Assembly: GCA_020851565.1 (NCBI GenBank)
Contig: JADZCN010000114.1
Location: 30,361 to 94,360 of the forward strand
Reading direction: 5' to 3'
Length of the DNA stretch: 64,000 nt
From: Acidobacteriota bacterium
GTDB lineage: Bacteria > Acidobacteriota > Vicinamibacteria > Vicinamibacterales > UBA2999
A model generated the notes under the pieces. The model was given only the letters and a program-made list of their open reading frames with translations, had not been told where the DNA came from and searched no databases. Below are positions 7,950 through 17,915 of the stretch, piece after piece; the first letter of the stretch is position 1; every line of letters begins with the position of its first letter. A program made the position numbers and the translations under genes.

Positions 7950-9362
7950 ATGACGGTTCGCACTTCGCTTCGTTTCGTGCTCCTGCTCGCGGGAGCGATC
8001 ACACTGGCAGGAAGCGCCTCGTCCCGTGCGCTCGGTACCGGGCAGGCCGCCGGCGGCCAACCCGGACGACACGCTGGACCTGGAAAGGCCGGGACCCCCG
8101 GCCGCTTCGAGGTCTGGCTGGCCGACCAGTCGGACACTCGACCCGGCTTCGGCGGCCAGCTGCTGATCTATCGGGGCGCCGATCTCATGGGAAAGACGGC
8201 CGGCCGGGCCGAGCCGATCGAGCGGATCGATCTCGGCGGCGCGACTGCTGACCTGTGCCGCGCGACCACGGGGCGGAACCCGGTCCGACCGCACATGATC
8301 CTGTTCAACGAGCAGCACACGCACGCCGTGCTGTCGTTCGTGGCGAGCGGGCACGTGGTCATCATGGACGCGGCGGCCCGCACGCCGCTGTCGTGCATCG
8401 AGACCACGATCGGCAGCACGGGCACGCGGCAGGCGCACGCCGCGTTTCCAGCCCCGGACGGCTCCTACATCCTCGTCGCCAACCAGAACGGGAAGCGCCT
8501 CGAGCGGATCGACGCCGACTTCGAGGCCAACCGCTTCTCGCACAACCCCGCGGCGACGCTCGATCTCAGCACGTGCACGACACCCAGCGGACAGCCCTGC
8601 GAGCACCCCGATCTCCGTCCAATCAACTGGCCCATCTGTCCCATCATCGACTCGTCGAGCCGCTACGGGTTCGTCACGCTCCGCGGCGGCGGGCTGTTCG
8701 TCGTCGACGCGAGGGCCACGCCCATGGCCATCGTCGCCGAGTACGACAAAGGGACGGTCCGCGGGAACGGGTGCGGCGGCATCGAGGCGGCCGGACACAT
8801 GTTCATCAACTCCGGCGGGAGCCCGGTCAACGTGTCGAGCGGCGATCCGCATCATCCCGACCTGTACGGATTCGACGTGTATCGCTTCCCCTTGTCGGGG
8901 TTCGAGCCGGGGAACCCACCCAACACGCCCGCACCACTGCTGCTCCTGACCAAGCCCGGCATGTCCGACTCGCACGGCGCGGCGCTGGCCTCGAACCAGC
9001 GCTACCTGTGGGTCATGGACCGCCACGCCAACGTGGCCGAGATCGTCCACGTGAAGACCGGCCGTTGGGTGAAGACGGTGGCGCTCAGCGGCCGGTTGAG
9101 CGAGGATCCGGCGCCGGATCTGGCAGACCGCGCGCCCGATGGCAGCCGCCTGTTCGTCGCGCTTCGCGGCTCGGTGCCCCTCAGCGGCGATCCCCACAAC
9201 GCGACGGGAACGACGCCGGGCCTCGGTATCATCCAGGTCACGGGCGGTGGACGGGACGGTCGTCTTGCCGCCGTGGTGCCGCTCACAAATCCGTGGCAGC
9301 AGCCCGGGCAGGCGCCGGATGCACACGGCCTGCGCGTGCGGCTGACACCCCCGGCTCGCTGA
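7950..9362 (+). CDS. Secreted hypothetical protein (possibly beta-propeller/YVTN-like)
   Basis: In-frame part of ORF 7809..9362 from the ATG at 7950, preceded by AGGAGG. Signal peptide MTVRTSLRFVLLLAGAITLAGSASS. No confident family assignment. Confidence 0.6.
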   Translation: MTVRTSLRFVLLLAGAITLAGSASSRALGTGQAAGGQPGRHAGPGKAGTPGRFEVWLADQSDTRPGFGGQLLIYRGADLMGKTAGRAEPIERIDLGGATADLCRATTGRNPVRPHMILFNEQHTHAVLSFVASGHVVIMDAAARTPLSCIETTIGSTGTRQAHAAFPAPDGSYILVANQNGKRLERIDADFEANRFSHNPAATLDLSTCTTPSGQPCEHPDLRPINWPICPIIDSSSRYGFVTLRGGGLFVVDARATPMAIVAEYDKGTVRGNGCGGIEAAGHMFINSGGSPVNVSSGDPHHPDLYGFDVYRFPLSGFEPGNPPNTPAPLLLLTKPGMSDSHGAALASNQRYLWVMDRHANVAEIVHVKTGRWVKTVALSGRLSEDPAPDLADRAPDGSRLFVALRGSVPLSGDPHNATGTTPGLGIIQVTGGGRDGRLAAVVPLTNPWQQPGQAPDAHGLRVRLTPPAR

Positions 9363-9644
9363 CGCGGTGGCGTTCGGCGGTGAGCGTGAAGCTCGCGACG
9401 GGTACCGATGCGACCTGCTGAGCCGATCGGGCGCGCGTTGCCGCCTATCCTGACGACTGCGGGCGTCTGGAGGCGGGCGACTTGCGCCGAATGTTCGCCT
9501 GGGACCGGCTTCTCAGGCCGGGCGTGGAAAAGATCGGATCGACGTGGCGGGATCGAGGGCGATCTGTCGTTCTCCACGGTGGATGCCGCTTTCGCCGCCA
9601 TGAGGTCGTCGCCTCGCTCGGCAGGGCTGACCGCAGGCCGTCCC

Positions 9645-10250
9645 ATGCTCAAGGTTCCCGATTCGGGCGTGTCGGACCAGACGGGCGACCCCGCCGTCAC
9701 GGCGCTCCTGCGCCTGGCGCAGACCGATCGGCGCCAGGCCCTGGATGCACTCGTGCCGCTGGTGTACGACACGCTCCGGAGGATCGCCCGTCAGCAACTG
9801 GCGCGCGAGCGCCCGGGGCACACGCTGAGCGCGACCGCCCTCGCGCACGAAGCCTATGCGAGGCTCATCGGCCTGACGCGGATCGAGTGGCGTGACCGCG
9901 CGCACTTCTTCGCCGCGGCCGCTGGCGCCATGCGCCGCGTGCTCATCGACTATGCCGTGGCACGGAAGGCCCGGAAGCGGGGGGGCGGTGCGGCGGTCGA
10001 GATGGACCTGGCGGGCCTGGTCACGGATGACCGGGTTGAAGACGTCCTGTCCGTTCACGAGGCGCTCGTCCGGCTGGAGCGCGTGCACCCGCGCGCGGCG
10101 CGCGTCGTCGAGTGCCGCATCTTCGCCGGGATGACGATTGACGAAACGGCCGCCGCGCTGGACCTGTCGCCGGCCACCGTCAAACGGTACTGGGAGTTCG
10201 CCCGCGCCACGTTGACCCGGGAGCTGATGCACGCATGCACGCCTCGATGA
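9645..10250 (+). CDS. ECF-type RNA polymerase sigma factor (kinase-associated type)
   Basis: C-terminal 201 aa of ORF 9408..10250. Region-2-like DALVPLVYDTLRRIARQQL..TLSATALAHEAYARL and region-4 HTH RAARVVECRIFAGMTIDETAAALDLSPATVKRYW. The start is uncertain (ATG 9645 chosen). The stop overlaps the kinase start (ATGA at 10247-10250). Confidence 0.75.
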   Translation: MLKVPDSGVSDQTGDPAVTALLRLAQTDRRQALDALVPLVYDTLRRIARQQLARERPGHTLSATALAHEAYARLIGLTRIEWRDRAHFFAAAAGAMRRVLIDYAVARKARKRGGGAAVEMDLAGLVTDDRVEDVLSVHEALVRLERVHPRAARVVECRIFAGMTIDETAAALDLSPATVKRYWEFARATLTRELMHACTPR

Positions 10251-12922
10251 CCTCCGCGCCGACCACCAGCCGGCTGGGCGACCGCTGGGAGCGGTTGGCC
10301 GCGCTCTTCGAAGGGGCCCGGGCCCATCCGGAACCCGAGCGGTCCGCCTATCTGCGGGACGCACGCGCGAGCCCGCAGGAAATTGACGAGCTGCAAGCCC
10401 TGTTCGCGCTCGATTCGCGTCGGGCGGGGCCGGTCGAGCGATTGATGGCGGCCATCGGCCCTGCGCCGCGGGTCTGGCATACCGACGCGGCACGGTCGCT
10501 CGTGGGCCCCTACGAGATCCTTCGCGAGATCGGGCGGGGCGGCATGGGCGTGGTCTACCTCGCGCGCCGGGCCGACGGCGTGTACCAGCGGCTGGTCGCA
10601 CTCAAGCTGGCGCGCACGCCGGTGGTGGAGGGGGACCTGCGCGCCCGCTTTCTGGCCGAGCGCGACATCCTCGCCGGCCTGGCGCACCCGCACATCGCGC
10701 CGCTCTACGACGGCGGCGTCACCGACGACGGCCTGCCGTACTTCACGATGGAGTACGTGGACGGCCGCGCGATCGACGCCCACTGCGACGCCGAGAGGCT
10801 CGACGTGCGCGCGCGGATTCGCCTCTTCCTCTCCATCTGCAGTGCCGTTGCGGCCGCCCACCGTGCGCTGGTCGTTCATCGCGACTTGAAGCCGACCAAC
10901 GTGCTCGTGACTGCCGACGGCTCGGTGAAGCTGCTGGACTTCGGCATCGCCAAGCTGCTGGCCCACCCGGCGGACCGCGGTGACACGATGACGGCGGGGC
11001 AGCCGATGACGCCTGCCTATGCGAGCCCCGAACAGGTGCTCGGCCGTCCGGTGTCCACGGCGACCGACGTGTACGCCCTGGGCCTGCTGCTGTACGAGCT
11101 GCTGTGCGGCCGCCGCGCGCATCGGTTCACGTCGCGCGGCGCGGCCCACCTGGAGCAGGTGATCGTGCATACCGACCCGCTGCCGATGGCCGAAGCCCTG
11201 CGGCACCCGGACGAGTGGACGGCGGGGACGGCGGAGGAGATCGCCGGGGCGCGGCAGACCACGCCGTCACGACTGGCGCGCCAGCTGCGGGGCGACCTGG
11301 CGCGCATCACCGCCATGGCGATGCGAAAGGACCCCAACCAGCGCTACGCGTCGGCCGCGCACCTGGCGGAGGATCTGGAGCGCTATCTGGACGGCCGTCC
11401 TGTCGTCGCCCGAACGCCCTCGGTCGTGTACCGGGTGGCGCGCTTCGTCAGGCGCCACCGTCTCGGCGTGGTGGCCACGAGCCTCGGCGTCGTCGCGCTC
11501 ACCGGGTACCTGGGCCTCGCCATCCAGCACGCGAGAAACCTCGAGCGCACGGCCGAGCGGGAGCGTCAGGAGGCGGCCCGGGCTCGCGAGGTGGCGGACT
11601 TCGTGGTCACGCTCTTCGATGCGGCGGACCCGGACGTGGTCCAGCGCCGCGATGCCCCGATCACGCAGATGCTGGAGCGCGGACTGCAGCGCGCCGACGC
11701 GCTCGGCCACCAGCCGCAACTGCAGGCGCGCCTCCTGAACGCCATCGGGCGGGCCTACTTCAACCTGGGCCGGTATGACGACGCCCAGGCGATTGCCAGG
11801 CGGGCGTTGGACATCAGCCGCGCCACGGTCGGCGACATCCATCCGGATGTCGCGCGGGATTACCGGTTGCTCGGTCTCGCGACCGGCCAGCTGGGGCGCC
11901 AGAAGGAGGCCGTCGAGATGTTCCGGACGGCCCTCGAGGTTCGGCGCAGTACCGAGGGTCTCACCGGTGTGGAAGCCGCAGCGGACCTGCACTATCTGGG
12001 TTACGCGCTTGCTCAGGTGGGCGAGCTGGAGGAAGCGGAGCGCCGGCTTACCGCCGCGCTGGAGATGCGGCGCGCGCTGTTGCCCGCCGGACACGAGGAG
12101 ATCGCCACGAGTCTGGCCGGAGTGGCGTTCCTGCGGGGCCGCCAGGGCCGGCCGCGCGACTCGGTGGACCTCTACCGGGAAGCGCTCGCCCTGCGGCTCG
12201 CCCGTCTGGGTGAACGGCATCCCGAAGTCGCCCGAGGGCGCCAGAACCTCGCCAACGCGCTCAGCACGGCCGGCCTTCACGACGAGGCCGCAGAGGAATT
12301 TGCACGCGCCCTCTCGGTGTACCGAGCCGTCTATGGCGAGAAGCACCCGAGCATCGCGACCACGCTCAACAACCTCGGCACGCTCGAAGGTCGGCGCCGA
12401 CGGGATGCCGATGCGATTCCCTATCTGAGGGCGGCTCTCGACATGCGGGCCGAGCTGCTCGGAGCGGACCATCCATCGACCCTCCTGTCGAAGGCCAACC
12501 TGGCCACGGTGCTGGGACGCGCCGGTCGGCCGGCGGAAGGAGAAGCGCTGCTGCGCGATGTGCTGGCCCGCGGGGAGGGGCGTCCCGACGTGGCCATGGG
12601 CGTCTCGCGGCCCGTGGCCCTGAGTAACCTCGCCCACCTGCTCTGGCTGCAGGGGAAGCTGGCGGCAGCAGAGGCTACGGCACGCGAGAGCCTGGCCCTC
12701 CTGCGAGGGCGCGAAGTCAATCCGCTGACCGAAGCCACGCTGCTGGCCACGCTGGGCCGGACCCTGACCTCGCGGGGGCAGTACGGAGAAGCCGAGGACG
12801 TTCTGCGGCGCGCGCTGGAGATCCGGCAGTCCCGTCTTGGGCCCGAACACGCCGGCACGGCTCATGTGCGCGACCTCCTGAAGGAGCTGCAGCGCCGCCG
12901 CCTCGCATCTGCCCGGCCCTGA
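10247..12922 (+). CDS. Serine/threonine protein kinase with transmembrane segment and C-terminal TPR repeats
   Basis: Hanks kinase motifs GRGGMGVVY, HRDLKPTNVLV, DFGIAKLL, YASPEQ. A hydrophobic segment follows (LGVVATSLGVVALTGYLGLAI), then about 10 TPR-like repeats. Alternative start is ATG 10235. Confidence 0.9.
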   Translation: MTSAPTTSRLGDRWERLAALFEGARAHPEPERSAYLRDARASPQEIDELQALFALDSRRAGPVERLMAAIGPAPRVWHTDAARSLVGPYEILREIGRGGMGVVYLARRADGVYQRLVALKLARTPVVEGDLRARFLAERDILAGLAHPHIAPLYDGGVTDDGLPYFTMEYVDGRAIDAHCDAERLDVRARIRLFLSICSAVAAAHRALVVHRDLKPTNVLVTADGSVKLLDFGIAKLLAHPADRGDTMTAGQPMTPAYASPEQVLGRPVSTATDVYALGLLLYELLCGRRAHRFTSRGAAHLEQVIVHTDPLPMAEALRHPDEWTAGTAEEIAGARQTTPSRLARQLRGDLARITAMAMRKDPNQRYASAAHLAEDLERYLDGRPVVARTPSVVYRVARFVRRHRLGVVATSLGVVALTGYLGLAIQHARNLERTAERERQEAARAREVADFVVTLFDAADPDVVQRRDAPITQMLERGLQRADALGHQPQLQARLLNAIGRAYFNLGRYDDAQAIARRALDISRATVGDIHPDVARDYRLLGLATGQLGRQKEAVEMFRTALEVRRSTEGLTGVEAAADLHYLGYALAQVGELEEAERRLTAALEMRRALLPAGHEEIATSLAGVAFLRGRQGRPRDSVDLYREALALRLARLGERHPEVARGRQNLANALSTAGLHDEAAEEFARALSVYRAVYGEKHPSIATTLNNLGTLEGRRRRDADAIPYLRAALDMRAELLGADHPSTLLSKANLATVLGRAGRPAEGEALLRDVLARGEGRPDVAMGVSRPVALSNLAHLLWLQGKLAAAEATARESLALLRGREVNPLTEATLLATLGRTLTSRGQYGEAEDVLRRALEIRQSRLGPEHAGTAHVRDLLKELQRRRLASARP

Positions 12923-13012
12923 GCCGGTTCGGGCACGACTTCGGCCTAACAAAGCAGGGGCGCATCCATCCGCGCTGGAGCGGATCGACAACGCGGCCCA
13001 GGCAGGTGTTCC

Positions 13013-13714
13013 ATGTCCTTGAAGATCGGAGACCTCGCGCCCGACTTCCGCGCCCAGACCACGGAGGGCGTCATCGACTTCCACGACTGGCTTGGCGACC
13101 GGTGGGGCGTGCTCTTCTCGCACCCGAAGGACTTCACCCCGGTGTGCACGACGGAGCTCGGTCTGCTGGCGACGCTCAGGCCCGAGTTCGACCGCCGCGG
13201 TGTGCGCGTGATCGGCCTGAGCGTGGACGACCTGGACGCGCATCGCGAGTGGTCGAAGGACATCCGTAGGGTGACGGGAGCGGCGCCGAACTTTCCCCTG
13301 ATCGCGGACCATGACCGGCGCGTGGCGTCGCTCTACGACATGCTGGATGCGCAGGCCGGCGACACGGCCACGGTTCGATCGGTCTTCGTGATCGGCCCGG
13401 ACAAGCGCATCAAGCTGACGTTGACCTATCCGGCCAGCACGGGCCGAAACTTCGCCGAGCTGCTGCGCGCAATCGATTCGCTGCAGTTGACCGCACGTTA
13501 CCAGGTGGCCACGCCCGTCAACTGGCAGCCGGGCGAGGACGTGATCATCGTGCCTGGCGTCTCGGACGCGGCCGCCCGCGAGCGCTACCCGCAGGGATGG
13601 CACGCGCCCGCTCCGTACCTGCGATACGTCCCGTCGCCCGTCCCCACGCGGCCGGCGTCGCACGCGGCCTCAGGGCCCGGGCCGGCCCTGGAATCCGGCC
13701 GGGCATCGAGTTAG
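13013..13714 (+). CDS. 1-Cys peroxiredoxin (Prx6-type)
   Basis: PKDFTPVCTTEL peroxidatic-Cys motif. The length and the NFPLIAD..VRSVFVIGPDKRIK pattern are typical. The 3' end overlaps the convergent gene by 4 nt. Confidence 0.9.
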   Translation: MSLKIGDLAPDFRAQTTEGVIDFHDWLGDRWGVLFSHPKDFTPVCTTELGLLATLRPEFDRRGVRVIGLSVDDLDAHREWSKDIRRVTGAAPNFPLIADHDRRVASLYDMLDAQAGDTATVRSVFVIGPDKRIKLTLTYPASTGRNFAELLRAIDSLQLTARYQVATPVNWQPGEDVIIVPGVSDAAARERYPQGWHAPAPYLRYVPSPVPTRPASHAASGPGPALESGRASS

Positions 13715-14943
13715 CGCTGCCCGCCCCGGAACACCGTGCCGCCCCTCATGACGAAGGCCACCCGGGCGAGGGCATCGATGTCGGTGAGGGGGTTCCCGTC
13801 CACGGCCACGAGATCGGCCGAGAAGCCCGGGGCGATCGTGCCAATCTCCCTGCCGAGGCCGAGGGAGTCGGCCGAGACGGACGTGAGCGAACGGATCGCC
13901 TCCGCGGGCGACTGGCCGGACTTCACGCGCTCGAAGAGCTCGCGCATGTTCTGCCCGTGCGCGCCGGCCACGGCATCGGTGCCCATCACGATCTTCAGTC
14001 CGTGCGTCTTCAGCGCGGCCGAGAACATCGCGTCCTTCATCCCGAGGGCCTTCTCCATCGCGGCGAAGCCCTCCTCCGTGTAGTTGCCCACGCCGAGGAA
14101 GCGCGCCTTGTTCTCCAGGTAGTTCTGCGTCACCAGGCCGATGTTCGGATCGAAGAACATGCCGCGGTCCGCCAGCAGCTTCAGTGCCTCCGGCGTGGCC
14201 AGTCCGCCGTGTTCGACTACCGTGCAGCCCGCGCGCGCGGCGCGCATCATCGACTCGGGGCTGTGCGCATGGACCATGGACCGGAGGCCCTGCGCGCGCG
14301 CCTCGGCACAGACGGCATCGAGCTGCTCCTGGCTCAGCGTTGGGGTGCCGCCGTCGCGGATGCTGGCCGACGCGAAGATCTTCACCAGGTCGGCGCGGTC
14401 CGCCTTGCGCTGCCGCACCTGGGCGCGCAGCTCGTCGGGCGTGAGCCTGGCGTTGCTGACCTGTCCGAGCGAGGTGAGAATGCGCGGCCCCGGGAGCACC
14501 CCTCGCGCGATGGCGTCGCGGAGCGGCTTGTCGCGAGGCGAGCCCACGCTCTGGACGGTGGTGAAGCCCGCCATCAGGGTGACGTAGGCGTTCTCGGCCG
14601 CGTAGAGCGCGTTCTGCTCCGGCGGCTCGGGTCCGGTGTGGTAGCGGCCCTCGGCGTTGAAGTGCCAGTCGATGTGGACGTGGGTGTCGATGAAGCCGGG
14701 GAGCAGGGTCGCCTTGCCGAGGTCAATCGTGACCGGCGCGTCCGGCCCGCCGACGCGGACGATGCGGCCGTCCCGAATCGCGACGGTGTTGCCGGGGAGG
14801 ATGCGCCCGTCGCCGTTGATGATGGTCCCGGCCCGCAGCGTGACTTCGGTGGCGGGCCTGCCGGACTGCGCCGATACGGAGGCGGCGCTCGCGAGGAGGA
14901 TGGCGCTGAGCCGCAGGAGGTGCGAAGGGATGACGCGGAGCAT
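13711..14943 (-). CDS. Amidohydrolase family protein, secreted
   Basis: Signal peptide (LLRLSAILLASAASVSAQ), FIDTHVHIDWH metal motif, and paralog-like similarity to 5215..6498. Confidence 0.85.
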   Translation of the reverse strand: MLRVIPSHLLRLSAILLASAASVSAQSGRPATEVTLRAGTIINGDGRILPGNTVAIRDGRIVRVGGPDAPVTIDLGKATLLPGFIDTHVHIDWHFNAEGRYHTGPEPPEQNALYAAENAYVTLMAGFTTVQSVGSPRDKPLRDAIARGVLPGPRILTSLGQVSNARLTPDELRAQVRQRKADRADLVKIFASASIRDGGTPTLSQEQLDAVCAEARAQGLRSMVHAHSPESMMRAARAGCTVVEHGGLATPEALKLLADRGMFFDPNIGLVTQNYLENKARFLGVGNYTEEGFAAMEKALGMKDAMFSAALKTHGLKIVMGTDAVAGAHGQNMRELFERVKSGQSPAEAIRSLTSVSADSLGLGREIGTIAPGFSADLVAVDGNPLTDIDALARVAFVMRGGTVFRGGQR

Positions 14944-15150
14944 GGGATCCGCAGATTACACGGATTAGGCAGATTGGCGCCTGGGGATGTTCCTTGAGGG
15001 GGGGCGTGCCGGCGACGTGTGGCGAGGGCGGCCGCGCTCACGGCCAGGCCGCTCCCATCTTCGACCGCGTAGGACCAGCCGGCCCGACATCCGTGCCATC
15101 GGCGCAATCAGCGGATGAACCCCTCCGCATCATCGCTGTCCCTTCCGCAG

Positions 15151-17766
15151 TCATCTCTTCCGCGTCATCTCGACACGGAACAGCTCGTCCGCCGACTGCA
15201 GCGTGATGTTCTTCAGCCGCTCCGGGTAGTTCGCGGGTAGCCCGGCGAGGAACGCGCGCACCATGTTCGCCACCTCGGGCGAGCTGTGGCCGCCGAGCGT
15301 GGCGTCCAGCCACCGCTTGGGGAAGAAGATGTCGCCCGTCTTCTGGATCTCCCACAGCATCTCGAGGCTCGGCGTGACGTAGCCAGCCGACGCCCGCGCG
15401 CGCAGGGGATGGTGCAGGTAGTCGAGCCCTTCGAGCACCCACGGCTCGCGCCGGCGGTTGTTCACGTCCGCCAGCGAGCGAAACCAGGCGTCGCGCTCCC
15501 TTGGATCCGCTGAGAGCGCAGGCATGACGAACTGGAAGCGTCCCTTGCGATCCGGGTTCTCGATGCGGGTGAGCTGCTCGGCCAGGATGTCGCGCCAGCC
15601 GTCCACCTCCCGCACGGCCAGCTCCAGCGCCAGCGTCGTGTAGTCCGCTTCCGCGAGGGGCAGCCCCTGGACGACGTCCTTCTTCGCCCACACGCGGCGC
15701 AGCCACTCCACGGTGGGGCCGGTGATGGCCACGTTCCGCACGGCGCCGAACCACGCCGCCTTCTGGCTGGCTGTCTTGGCCCGGTCCAGGCCGTCCACGA
15801 GCAGCTTCTCGAAAGCTGCGGCCCGCTCCGCCCGCGCCTCCGCCGGCAGGAAGCGCCACCAGGCACGGCCGGCGTAGCCGAGCACTCTCGCCGTCATCTG
15901 CTCGTCGGTTTCCACCGGCAGCGCCGCGTCGGCCAGGTCCATGAAGGCCGCGGGCGCCAAACGCCCGTCGAGCAGGGCATCCCACAGCGTGACCCACGCG
16001 CTGCCGCGCGTCAGTGGATCCCTGATGGTTGGGAGCGACCGGGACAGGTGGACCAGCGAGGCCTCGTCCAGCTCGAAGCCGCCGTACGCCCAGCCCTCGC
16101 CGTTCGGCAGGACGAAGGCCGGTGCCGGCAGCCCCACGGCTTCCTTCACTTCGACACTGGCGCCGTCGAGCGCCACGTTCAACGTCGTCGTGCTGCCGGC
16201 GGCGTCGCCGAGCGCCACGCGCAGCTGTTGCGGCCACGCGCGCCCGCGGTTCCACGTGTCCCGCTGGCGGAACGCCAGGCGCGTGATGTGCCCGTCGCTG
16301 ACCGACAGCTCCGTCGTGACCGTGGGACGGCCGGGCTGCTCCACCCACACCTTGCTCCATGCCTGCAGGTCCACGGGCGTGCGCCGGTCGAGCACGTCGA
16401 TGAGATCGGTCCACGTGGCGTTGCCGAACTTGTGTGCGGCGAGGTACTCGCGCAGGCCGTCCCTGAACGACTCCTCGCCGAGCAGCGCCTCGAGGTGCCG
16501 CATCATCACGGGCGCCTTCTGGTAGATGATCGCGCCGTACATCTGGCCCGCCTCGTTCAGGTTCTCGAGGACCTGGCGGATGGGGTTCGCGCCCGGCGTG
16601 CGGTCCACCTCGTACGCCGCCGGGTAGTGCGCCAGCAGGAACCGCAGGTCGTGGTTCACCTCCGGGAACGAGGGGTTCACGATCTTGGCCGCCATGAAGT
16701 TGGCGAAGACCTCCTTCATCCACACGTCGTTGAACCAGCGCATGGTCACGAGGTCCCCGAACCACATGTGCGCCGTCTCGTGCGAGATGACCGACGCGCG
16801 CCCGAGCAGCTGGTTCTGCGTGGCCGACTCGTCCAGCATCAACCCCGAGGCGTTGTAGAGGATCTTGCCGGCGTGCTCCATCCCGCCGAACTGGAAGGCG
16901 GGAACGAGCACGAAGTCGAACTTGCCAAACGCGTAGGGGATGCCGGTGTAGCGCTCCATGTACTCGATGGCGGCCGCGTGCAGATCGAAGATGGCATCCC
17001 GGTTCCGCGCGACCTTGGCGGCATCGGTCTCGCGATGGAACATGCGGAAGGTGCGCCCGTTGCGCACCGCCGTCTCCACCTTGAAGTCGCCGACGACGAA
17101 GGAGAAGAGGTAGGTGGAGAGGGGTTCGGTCTCGCGGAACGCGATGCTGGCCACCTCGGCGTCCTGCGCGCGCTGGACCCGTGGCGCCGGGGAGCTGTCC
17201 GGCAAGGCGCCGCCGCCGGTCACCTCGGCGCCGTTGCTCACGGCCTTCCAGGCGCGCGGGTAGGTGAGGGTCAGCGTCCACCGCGCCTTCAGATCCGGCT
17301 GATCGAACACCGGAATCGCCTGCCGCGCCCGCGCCGGCACGAACAGCGCGTAGAGGAAATCCGCGCTCCGGTTCAGCGGGTCGTTGCCGGCGGTGAAGCC
17401 GATCCGAACCGCGTTCCGCCCGACCTTCAGGGCCGTCGTCGGAATGACGATGTGGCCGTTGGTGTAGTCGAAATGCGTGGCGGCACCGTTGGCGGTCACC
17501 GACTTCACGTGATCGCGGCTCGTCTCGAAGTCGATGACCAGCGGCTCGGTGTTGTCCTTCAACTCGAACGAGATGGTCGTGGTGCCGGTGATGGGATCGG
17601 CCAGCGCCTTCGGCACGGCGAGCGAGAGGTGGTATCGCAGATCCGCGATGACCGCCGCGCGTCGCGTCGCGACGTCCAGTGGCACGCCGGCCGCGGGTGT
17701 GGCGGTCTGCGCTGCCGCGGGGAGGGCCCATGCGCCCAGAGCTGCCAACAGGACTGCCATGCGCAT
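15151..17766 (-). CDS. M1 family aminopeptidase (aminopeptidase N-like zinc metallopeptidase)
   Basis: HETAHMWFGDLVTMRWFNDVWMKE matches HExxH-18-E. A GAMEN-like GGMEH lies upstream. Signal peptide MRMAVLLAALGAWALPAAAQ. ORF 15151..17781 is trimmed to the ATG at 17766 because the 17781 ATG lies in the CCATTG terminus of the repeat element. Confidence 0.85.
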   Translation of the reverse strand: MRMAVLLAALGAWALPAAAQTATPAAGVPLDVATRRAAVIADLRYHLSLAVPKALADPITGTTTISFELKDNTEPLVIDFETSRDHVKSVTANGAATHFDYTNGHIVIPTTALKVGRNAVRIGFTAGNDPLNRSADFLYALFVPARARQAIPVFDQPDLKARWTLTLTYPRAWKAVSNGAEVTGGGALPDSSPAPRVQRAQDAEVASIAFRETEPLSTYLFSFVVGDFKVETAVRNGRTFRMFHRETDAAKVARNRDAIFDLHAAAIEYMERYTGIPYAFGKFDFVLVPAFQFGGMEHAGKILYNASGLMLDESATQNQLLGRASVISHETAHMWFGDLVTMRWFNDVWMKEVFANFMAAKIVNPSFPEVNHDLRFLLAHYPAAYEVDRTPGANPIRQVLENLNEAGQMYGAIIYQKAPVMMRHLEALLGEESFRDGLREYLAAHKFGNATWTDLIDVLDRRTPVDLQAWSKVWVEQPGRPTVTTELSVSDGHITRLAFRQRDTWNRGRAWPQQLRVALGDAAGSTTTLNVALDGASVEVKEAVGLPAPAFVLPNGEGWAYGGFELDEASLVHLSRSLPTIRDPLTRGSAWVTLWDALLDGRLAPAAFMDLADAALPVETDEQMTARVLGYAGRAWWRFLPAEARAERAAAFEKLLVDGLDRAKTASQKAAWFGAVRNVAITGPTVEWLRRVWAKKDVVQGLPLAEADYTTLALELAVREVDGWRDILAEQLTRIENPDRKGRFQFVMPALSADPRERDAWFRSLADVNNRRREPWVLEGLDYLHHPLRARASAGYVTPSLEMLWEIQKTGDIFFPKRWLDATLGGHSSPEVANMVRAFLAGLPANYPERLKNITLQSADELFRVEMTRKR

Positions 17767-17778
17767 GGGCAAGACTAC

Positions 17779-17915
17779 CATTGAGCGATTGCTGATTGGC
17801 GATTGGGCGATTCACTGAAGATCGAGCGATTGGGGCATTGGGCATTGAATCGGGCGATTGGGTGATTGCGGCATCGGGCGATTCGTTGCTGGCAGACGTC
17901 GGCCCGTCGTCGCCC
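17779..17915. repeat. GATTG/CAATC palindromic-element family, half copy (E1)
   Basis: CCATTGAGCGATTGCTGATTGGCGATTGGGCGATTC...GGGCATTGGGCATTGAATCGGGCGATTGGGTGATTGCGGCATCGGGCGATTCGTTGCTGGCAG. It is homologous to one arm plus the centre of the elements at 27847 and 31022. Confidence 0.85.
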
